Below are positions 57,251 to 64,000 of a stretch of 64,000 nucleotides of DNA, piece by piece. Below the pieces are notes generated by a model that was not told the origin of the DNA, ran no database searches, and saw only the letters and a list, made by a program, of their open reading frames with translations. The position numbers were made by a program, and so were the translations under genes. How positions within the stretch are numbered: position 1 is the stretch's first letter; each line of letters begins with the position of its first letter. The DNA comes from Candidatus Poriferisocius sp. (GTDB taxonomy: Bacteria > Actinomycetota > Acidimicrobiia > Acidimicrobiales > Bin134), in NCBI GenBank assembly GCA_965221865.1, contig OZ244918.1, forward strand, positions 2,664,696 through 2,728,695, in the 5' to 3' direction.

Positions 57251-57675
57251 GACACACCCTCACCAGCAGCCGCTAACGCTCTCTGCGCTCTACGAGCAGC
57301 AGACCGACGACCATACAAACGCGCACACAACAAAGTCAACACCTCAGTCACATCCCTCACAAGATCATCCTCAAGTTCCTCATCATCCATCACCACAACC
57401 CCACCACCACGACCCACCAACGAAGCCTCCAACAACTCAAACCCAAAACCCGTCAAACGCTCCCGATGCTCAACCACAATCCGAGTCCTCCCCGGCAAAC
57501 GCAACACCCTCAACAACTTCGAGCGTTTACCGTTCAAACCAGAACCCGTCTCCATCACCACCTCAAAATCAGACCACCCCTGCTTACGCGCGAAAACCTG
57601 CAAACGCTCCGACTGACACACCAAATCAAAAGCCTGATCCGAAGAAAACACACACGCATCGCCCCGACACCCCAC
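57247..57675 (-). pseudogene. tnpA: IS607-type serine recombinase, N-terminally truncated and degenerate
   Basis: 142 aa carrying only the catalytic-domain core. ACVFSSDQAFDL replaces the canonical YARVSSxDQ, so the Arg is lost. No MerR-like HTH lies upstream. Confidence 0.6.
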
Positions 57676-57776
57676 ATGAGATAAAGGAAGTTTACCACCA
57701 CCGAATACAAGATTGGCTGACTATGCTGTAATTTAGTAGTAGACACGATTTAGTAACCAATATAGGAATAAGCCGC

Positions 57777-58415
57777 ATGCCAGAACAAACATTAGAAGAA
57801 TGGATTACAGAGAAACCTGAAGCGACCCTGTTTACCCTCGCTGAAGCACAGGCTGCATTCCCAGAGAAATCGACTGCAGCAGTCAAAATGGCGTTATCAA
57901 GGTTATGCAAGCAAGAACTGGCACCTGCGCGAAGAGCTGTGCGTGGTATTTACTGTCGCGTTGAAGAGGGCTATCAGATAGAACGAGGGCTACCGCAAGA
58001 TGCTGGTGATACTCTGGTGTGGCTGTTAGCAGGACCTGGGGCGGGTTACACGGAGTTTTGCATTATGAACAGATTATCGTGGACCACTCAAGTGCCAATG
58101 CGTACTGTTATTGCCATGGTGGGCAACCTTCCAAGCATCAATCTTGAGGGTGTCGTTTACAGATCGCGCTCAAACAGTCAACGTTTACCCTTGAACGCTT
58201 TGGAAGCTTCTTTATTAGAAGCAGTTAGATGCTTTGATGAATGGGCAGAAGTGTCTTGGCAAGAAGCATTGGACACTTATGCGTGCTACAAAAGCAGAGG
58301 GGCTATTGGTGGGACTGTGCGTAAAAATTTGTGCTGGCAAGCTGCGTTACACGAACCACAACGTTATTTCAACAAGAACATGTTCAAAGAATTATTAGAC
58401 ATCGCAGCAAATTAG
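57777..58415 (+). CDS. hypothetical protein with an AbiEi-like N-terminal wHTH
   Basis: 212 aa. TLFTLAEAQAAFPEKSTAAVKMALSRLCKQ...RGIYCRV resembles AbiEi-type N-terminal domains. No adjacent toxin. Confidence 0.4.
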   Translation: MPEQTLEEWITEKPEATLFTLAEAQAAFPEKSTAAVKMALSRLCKQELAPARRAVRGIYCRVEEGYQIERGLPQDAGDTLVWLLAGPGAGYTEFCIMNRLSWTTQVPMRTVIAMVGNLPSINLEGVVYRSRSNSQRLPLNALEASLLEAVRCFDEWAEVSWQEALDTYACYKSRGAIGGTVRKNLCWQAALHEPQRYFNKNMFKELLDIAAN

Positions 58416-58911
58416 ATGAATGCAAGGCAGTAACTGTACATGTCGCAACGAAGATGCAAGGGAATGGTACACCTAAACAGCTTTCTGCTGGTTCCCTCAA
58501 GTTGAAGTGTCTGCTTGGCAGCCATGTGTGAGAGGTTATTTCGTGGCGTATGCGGTCTTGTTCTAGCTGGTTAATGTCGAAACGTCCCCAGCAGACGACT
58601 TGCTCTGAATGTTCAGCCCATTGCATGAACTCCGCGAAAACCGCTGAAAACGGACGGGCGTTGTCAACTTGTTGTTGTGTGATGTGAGTGAGTTTTACGC
58701 AAAAATCGCTTAGTTTGGGGTGTACCACAGGTTTGATGTATGCCTGAAAACTATCTTGAAGCGACATGTCGTAGGCTATTTGCACCGCTCCGATTTCTAT
58801 GGTTTCCATCTCAGAGCGTTTATGGCTGCCATCATTCCAGCAGGTAGCCTCAATATCTAACACAGTAACGATCTGCTGAGATGACCCTAATTGCGGTTTC
58901 TCCATTCCCAT
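58384..58911 (-). CDS. DEDDh-family (ERI-1/KapD-like) 3'-5' exonuclease, possibly 3'-degenerate
   Basis: 175 aa with Exo I VLDIEATCW and Exo II-like CWGRFD. No H-x4-D Exo III motif is recognisable in the last 40 aa. The 3' end overlaps a convergent ORF. Confidence 0.6.
   Translation of the reverse strand: MGMEKPQLGSSQQIVTVLDIEATCWNDGSHKRSEMETIEIGAVQIAYDMSLQDSFQAYIKPVVHPKLSDFCVKLTHITQQQVDNARPFSAVFAEFMQWAEHSEQVVCWGRFDINQLEQDRIRHEITSHTWLPSRHFNLREPAESCLGVPFPCIFVATCTVTALHSSNLLRCLIIL
58694..58863 (-). repeat. inverted-repeat arm B (170 bp)
   Basis: Reverse complement of 43054..43223. It covers codons 18-74 of the exonuclease gene. Confidence 0.85.
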
Positions 58912-58940
58912 AGATTAGAGAATTGCTGGCACCGCGTGTA

Positions 58941-59735
58941 ATGCGGTTACATCAACAAGTGCAGGAAATAGGTGGAATTAGTCGTCCTGTAATCTTAAAA
59001 CGCGTGGGATGTAACACTTGTTATAATGGTGTTGTGATAATAACACCATATACTTTCACACTTGCTGAAGCCGCAGACATTCTGTCAGTAAGCACAGAAC
59101 AAGTAAGACGATACGTGTATCAAGGTATTTTGCCAGCGATGAAACGAGCAGGGGTTTGGTTCGTATCAGGGATACACGTGAAGGCTGTGCTGCTGGGGCG
59201 GAAACCGACTGGTGGACGTCCATTGTCCCATGCGCGCGTGTGGAAAGATATTTTCGCTGGGAAGTTTGACAGATTAGAGCTAGTCCACGATTTAGACCCT
59301 TACACTTGTCGCAATCGCAGCACGATTACGCGGTGGAATGGTACTACAGAAGTTGTGCAAGAGATGCTAGGCCATCCGAATATTGTGATTGGTGGCATCC
59401 ATGCTGGTGAACTGTATGGAGCGTCACTCCCTCCGCTACCAAATGAAGCCCAAATTTACCTGTCACACACAACTGCATCAGAGGAATCAAACGATCATCC
59501 ATGCAGTGCTTTGACCCTTGACCCTCTAGGAGAGGTTGTAACCCATGTGGTCTCTGATGATATTTGGGCAAAGCTGGTCCAAGTATCTGTGCATAGCGAT
59601 CAGGTGGCAGCAAGTTATTGGATTGGGCAAGAAGGATTGTACGCACCTATATCGTTGACAGTGCTTGACTTGTTAGAGTCCCCGCATACCCGTGAACGAT
59701 CTGCTGTACACGATTTGTGTGTAGCTAGATCGTGA
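58941..59735 (+). CDS. excisionase-type HTH protein with an AbiEi-like C-terminal region (start uncertain)
   Basis: FTLAEAADILSVSTEQVRRYVYQGILPA is an excisionase/MerR-type HTH. IGGIHAGELYGASL resembles AbiEi. Possible starts are 58923, 58941 and 59034. Confidence 0.5.
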   Translation: MRLHQQVQEIGGISRPVILKRVGCNTCYNGVVIITPYTFTLAEAADILSVSTEQVRRYVYQGILPAMKRAGVWFVSGIHVKAVLLGRKPTGGRPLSHARVWKDIFAGKFDRLELVHDLDPYTCRNRSTITRWNGTTEVVQEMLGHPNIVIGGIHAGELYGASLPPLPNEAQIYLSHTTASEESNDHPCSALTLDPLGEVVTHVVSDDIWAKLVQVSVHSDQVAASYWIGQEGLYAPISLTVLDLLESPHTRERSAVHDLCVARS

Positions 59736-59879
59736 AAGGCCATAAAGGAGCCTGCCGGTCAAAGCGTTGACTGCGAGGTAATTCACCGTTATTTATGAAG
59801 TATCATCTTCAAAGAAGTTGTAACACTTGAGATGATTTGCTGCGGTTAGGAGTGCATCGGGTCCTCCTAAATTGGTGTC

Positions 59880-60149
59880 ATGACAAAAGTAAAACCGCTT
59901 CCCTCTTTTGAAGGTACTATCCCCGACCACATCACGTTCACAGCGGGAGGGTCGATCACCGAAGTCGACGATCAACCTGACGGCTGCCCGACAATCGGTG
60001 AATGGCTAACACTTGAATGCACAGCACAAGTTGTAGGGGTAAACCACACTATCAACAACGATGGTGAACTCACCAGAGCTGTGAAAGTCAAAATGGACAC
60101 GATGAGAACACTGACAACACCTGTTACTAGCACAGAAGAAACTGAATAA
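59880..60149 (+). CDS. small hypothetical protein
   Basis: 89-aa ATG ORF. No motif. Confidence 0.35.
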   Translation: MTKVKPLPSFEGTIPDHITFTAGGSITEVDDQPDGCPTIGEWLTLECTAQVVGVNHTINNDGELTRAVKVKMDTMRTLTTPVTSTEETE

Positions 60150-60778
60150 TACTCTCAGACGAATTTCAAGGCTTCACACTTCAACTAACCTCAGGTATAT
60201 CTGAGTGCATCAGCAATCCTCAACTGTTGTCTGCATTCTGCGAAGCGTTAGCAGCTTTCCTAGTACAAGACTGGGGACAAGTCGACGCTGAAACAGCCGA
60301 AGCCAATACTGAAGCGTACGAAGCGGATGAAGGGCTTGTAACTGTTAGTTGCTTTTTGGGTTTATGGTTGTTATTATGTTGTTATGGTTGAGGTGCAGCC
60401 AAGACGTGGAGACGATATAAGTCCTGTCCGTGGCAACGGTCAGGCAACCGTCAACGAAGCGTGAACTAGAATCATGCAAAGACAGATCAACACAGATCAC
60501 AACACCTTAGCACAGATTCTAGACACCGGCCAATAGTCGCAGCATACCTAGTGGCAGACATTGCCTCTGTTGAAGAAATATGGATCATCCAAGAACACGC
60601 TAACCGCTCAATCCTGCAAGCCTTGCTACCTACAGAATTCAAAGCACCACAACCTGCTACTGATCACTGACCGCTCAGTAGAGCTTGTTCGCTCTCAATC
60701 AATGCAATTTCTTCTACCTTGTAGGGAAGAAAAGTTAGGTGATATCCAAGCACTGTATGTGGGGGCATCCTCTCAAGC

Positions 60779-62218
60779 ATGGCACAGACTAAAGAACAAA
60801 AACTCAGCAGCCACGCTAAAACGCAACCTCGTCGTAAAGGCAAATTCGCTGAACGTCCCAGCAGGCAAGCCTCAGTGCCTCCAGCGTCTCCAGTCAATCT
60901 GGCAGGCGGCCAACAAGCTAAACCGTTGCCTGCCAACAAAATCGCATCGCTGATAACGGGTTTTCCTGATGCTGAGGAACTTCGCATTAAACGCACTGCG
61001 GAAGGCACTGAATATTCGGTTGCTACAAGCCAAATGTGTCTCACAATTTTAGACCCCGCTAACCCCACAAACCCTCAGAAACATCAAACAGACATAGATA
61101 TCGTGGTAGACAAGAAAGCGTTCACGAAAGCTGCTAGAGCCCATAAATCAGTGTTGGAATGGGACGACCAACAAGAAGCTACAGCGTTGTATTTAGGCGC
61201 TGATACACACATCCCCCATCAAGACACGCCTGAATACATCAAAAACAAATCTGATCCAAACCTAGTCACCGAATCTTGCTGGGCGGCTCAACCACCTACA
61301 TTAGAGCAGTGGGAGAATTGGATTACGCCAATACAGTTCGCCAGCAAAAGCAAAACTGCTTATCTACCTCTCCTGCAATCTGCGATTATCACCTCAGACG
61401 ACAACGAGCCGCAAGGTAAAATGATGGTCACCGATTCTTATAGTGCTGGCATCTCAACTTCGCCAGTGCCGCTAACAGATGTTAGAGCAATCATTCCAAC
61501 TCCAGCGTTAGCGTCGTTCACGAAAGCGGCTAGACGTTTAGTGGGGTCTAAAAATCAACCTGTCGTAGAGTTCGGTGCTGCAACGCGCGAAAAAACCATT
61601 GAAGAACTGACAGAATCGGAAAAAGAATGGCGTGAGAAGTATCCGAAACCGCCGCATCTGCAAGGTAACCCTGGTGTGGTGAGCCTCAAATGCGGCAACG
61701 TCACACTGCAAGCAGTCGCTATGAAAGCCGATTTTCCTAATATTGACAATTTGATACGCGGAGAATATTTAGAAGCATGCAGTATGAACCCTGAAGCGGC
61801 TGCGTGGGTCGCTGAATCCCCTGCAATAAAGCAGCATAATATAGGAATAATAGCATTACAAAAAGATGACAGCGGAGCTTTCAAACTTGTAAGCAGATAC
61901 CAAAATCCGCCTATACCTTACCAGCCAGACTCATACGCTAAGCAAACCACAAGCGAAGGTATATCTACCACGCAGTCAGAGCATGACACCACTATGTGCT
62001 GTCTGGATGCTCAACGATTCCAGCAAGGCTTAAAAGCTTTCCCTAAAAACACTGAAATAGCATTTCACTTTCCCTCCGAAGCTCAAACAAACTTGTCCGC
62101 AAGGTCGCACGCTCCTGGGCAGCTGATGAAACCACTTGTAATCACTGAAAAGGGTAAAGGCATCAACGATCATGGATTCAGGCTGATCCAAATGCCTACG
62201 AGAGTAGACCGGTTCTAA
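60779..62218 (+). CDS. hypothetical protein with a basic disordered N-terminus (weak sliding-clamp-like motif)
   Basis: 479 aa. The first ~60 residues are K/R/P/Q-rich. YLPLLQSAIIT...GKMMVTDSYSAGI resembles the DnaN domain-1 pattern (piL..v.l......l.l.aTD.yr). This is a very tentative call. Confidence 0.5.
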   Translation: MAQTKEQKLSSHAKTQPRRKGKFAERPSRQASVPPASPVNLAGGQQAKPLPANKIASLITGFPDAEELRIKRTAEGTEYSVATSQMCLTILDPANPTNPQKHQTDIDIVVDKKAFTKAARAHKSVLEWDDQQEATALYLGADTHIPHQDTPEYIKNKSDPNLVTESCWAAQPPTLEQWENWITPIQFASKSKTAYLPLLQSAIITSDDNEPQGKMMVTDSYSAGISTSPVPLTDVRAIIPTPALASFTKAARRLVGSKNQPVVEFGAATREKTIEELTESEKEWREKYPKPPHLQGNPGVVSLKCGNVTLQAVAMKADFPNIDNLIRGEYLEACSMNPEAAAWVAESPAIKQHNIGIIALQKDDSGAFKLVSRYQNPPIPYQPDSYAKQTTSEGISTTQSEHDTTMCCLDAQRFQQGLKAFPKNTEIAFHFPSEAQTNLSARSHAPGQLMKPLVITEKGKGINDHGFRLIQMPTRVDRF

Positions 62219-62293
62219 CCAACCTCTGTTCTGCAAGTTAGGAATACTGCTATTGTTGAACTGCCTCAGGTGAGAACGCCTCTAAACTGCCGA

Positions 62294-62542
62294 TCAGCCT
62301 AGAGAAAAACGTTGCTCCGATACACCTAACGCTGCCATAGCCCGACCACCTTCTTCTCTGACCTGCTCATCATCGCTTAAAGACGCTACAAACGCATCTT
62401 TGTAAGCCAGTTCATCAGCTCCGCCCTCTAAACAGTTAGAAGGAAGCACAGTGATAGCTGCATCTCCTGTCACTGGGTTAGATGGTAAAGAAATTGTCTT
62501 TTCTGAAGGTTGTTGTTTTTTACGAAATAAAGCCATAATCAT
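62294..62542 (-). CDS. small hypothetical protein
   Basis: 82-aa ATG ORF. No motif. Confidence 0.35.
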   Translation of the reverse strand: MIMALFRKKQQPSEKTISLPSNPVTGDAAITVLPSNCLEGGADELAYKDAFVASLSDDEQVREEGGRAMAALGVSEQRFSLG

Positions 62543-62687
62543 AGGCTAGCGCAAAAACGTTCTTCACAGGAAACATCATCAAAACACGTGGTCTATTTGC
62601 TGCAAGCTTGCCTGTGTCCATAGTATCGCCAACGAACTGGTACACTAACTGAGGTAGGTGATGTTCAGTTGCCTATTTCCAAGTAGT

Positions 62688-62734
62688 AATCCCACCGAGC
62701 TTTATGCGTCCACATCGGTGGGATTACGCTTTTT
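62688..62734 (+). terminator. orphan terminator-like hairpin
   Basis: A perfect 11-bp stem, AATCCCACCGA / TCGGTGGGATT, with a 16-nt loop. ACGC then TTTTT follows on the plus strand. It lies about 470 nt from the nearest upstream plus-strand gene. Confidence 0.3.
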
Positions 62735-63145
62735 AGCGGTTTCAACTCAGCGTCTAAAACTCGTGCTCCAGTTCACGCAGTCCCAGCACTGTTTCATCGA
62801 CAAGAAAATCGCTATGGCACGTACAGTGTGGTATGAAAACTGGTATAAAATCGCAGGCTCTAATCCCTCCACTGGCCTAATGTCAACAGTCCCCTCGAAT
62901 CAATAACTCCGCTGTACTATGTGAACCACCCGGCGTCAAAATGCACTCACTTCACCTAGCGCCGGGTCTACATTTCTTCATCCGCTTAGAAATCACTAAA
63001 ATCCGATAAACAAGCGCTCTCAGCTCAGAAAACTCCTTAAATAACACTTAAACGCTCTAAGACTGCACTTTTAAGCAGTTTTCAGTAGCATCAACCGACT
63101 TAATCTTGATATCAGCTCAGGCATCTCTAGTAAGGTGCTGCCAGA

Positions 63146-63982
63146 TTATGTGATTTGAGATGGTCTTTTGTTGGCGAGTCTGTTGAGAAAAGCAGTGTTA
63201 GCACTTTCCCCATCTCGGTCATAGAACTCCAGCACGAGGTCTTGATTCCATCTAATACCAGCAACATGGCAAGCTAACCACAACCGCACGCATTTGTTTT
63301 CTATGCTGCCATGTACTAGAAGCCAATATCCGTTAGGCATTTGAACCGTGTTGCGATAGTCCTTGCCAAGTGTCACTTCGTCTTGTTTGAGGCTTAGAAA
63401 TCTCCTGCTATCCCGAGAATATGCTTCAGGATGCGCCGCCAATTTCTCGCAAAATAGAGGTGAGCGTTCCGCTAGACGTTGGATAACTGTGCAGTAAGCA
63501 TCATTGAAAGAGTCAAACTCCAGCGATTCTCCGAAGAGAATAACCTTTTTTAAACGCCAACTATCCTTCCTCTTCCGCTTACTGCTCGCAACGCCGTTAG
63601 TCTTAGCGTTGCTACTATTTTCAAGCAATGCAGCTTCACGAATTTGAACTAGATGCTCTGAAAAGAAAGCGCTCACATCCTCAATATCAGGTCTCTGATA
63701 GCCGAGCCTCTCCACTTCCTCAGATACTAGCTCTACCAGCAAATCGTTGACAGGATTGCTAGTTAAAGTCTCCCACGCATTAACAATTTGAGTGCGCGAC
63801 ATTTCTTTAGCCACAATAGCTTGATGAGCTTCTTCTGCTGCCCTAGCACTGCTCCCATCCGCTAGACTTGTTCTGCTAAGAAATTTTTGCAATACATTAG
63901 CCGATTTATCGTAGGCATCGTTTATCAGATTAATATGCGCAAAACATCTGTCAGAGTATTCAGATGCTGAAGGTTTAGTCAA
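63146..63982 (-). CDS. hypothetical protein
   Basis: 278-aa ATG ORF with coding-like composition. No motif recognised. Confidence 0.5.
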   Translation of the reverse strand: MTKPSASEYSDRCFAHINLINDAYDKSANVLQKFLSRTSLADGSSARAAEEAHQAIVAKEMSRTQIVNAWETLTSNPVNDLLVELVSEEVERLGYQRPDIEDVSAFFSEHLVQIREAALLENSSNAKTNGVASSKRKRKDSWRLKKVILFGESLEFDSFNDAYCTVIQRLAERSPLFCEKLAAHPEAYSRDSRRFLSLKQDEVTLGKDYRNTVQMPNGYWLLVHGSIENKCVRLWLACHVAGIRWNQDLVLEFYDRDGESANTAFLNRLANKRPSQIT

Positions 63983-64000
63983 ATAAAAATCCCAATACCC

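Larger units (their letters stand above)
55560..57700 (-). mobile_element. IS607-like element relic (degenerate serine recombinase plus intact TnpB)
   Basis: The tnpA(Ser)-tnpB gene pair has a 4-nt overlap, the IS607 organisation. The boundaries are approximate, because this family has no terminal IRs to anchor them. Confidence 0.6.

Noticed and set aside
60150-60400. Open frame encoding ...FTLQLTSGISECISNPQLLSAFCEALAAFLVQDWGQVDAETAEANTEAYEADEG..., reminiscent of small plasmid-borne DWG-motif proteins
   Set aside because: It has no start codon (the frame opens right after a TGA). The C-terminus runs into G/T-rich junk, and I cannot name the family with confidence. It is probably another gene fragment.
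1-64000. Search by eye for tRNA, rRNA, tmRNA or riboswitch-like elements, especially at island borders (42.9-43.05 kb, 62.5-63.1 kb)
   Set aside because: I recognised no cloverleaf-compatible or conserved RNA motif. This is a weak negative, and tRNAscan-SE or Infernal should be run.

Overview
The window has three parts. (1) 1-18.3 kb is a conserved Actinomycetota-type core. It carries a complete Pup-proteasome locus (trmI, arc/mpa, dop, pup, prcB, prcA, pafA, pafB, pafC), then lepB, tatA/tatC and housekeeping enzymes. (2) 18.3-42.9 kb is a minus-strand cell-envelope island. It holds a Tad-like pilus locus with extra exported proteins and an SLT lytic transglycosylase. Next comes a tightly coupled operon that pairs a transmembrane vWA protein with a 1086-aa tubulin/FtsZ-superfamily GTPase, a 944-aa hairpin-anchored protein with no motif I recognise, and two lipoproteins. 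I consider this operon the best candidate for an uncharacterised system. The island ends with a 1224-aa secreted protein carrying four near-identical 327-bp tandem repeats. (3) 43-64 kb is a decaying mobile and addiction/defence island. It contains an IS481-family relic, two AbiEi/AbiEii modules (one toxin gene interrupted by an in-frame TGA), a fused nucleotidyltransferase-HEPN protein and a relaxase stub next to a T4SS coupling protein. It also contains a 5'-truncated parA, and an IS607-like element whose serine recombinase is degenerate while its atypical TnpB is intact. A 170-bp inverted duplication of the 5' end of an exonuclease gene (about 98% identical) brackets 15.5 kb of this island. 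I recognised no rRNA, tRNA or CRISPR array by eye. All domain calls come from motif recognition in the supplied translations, not from database searches.
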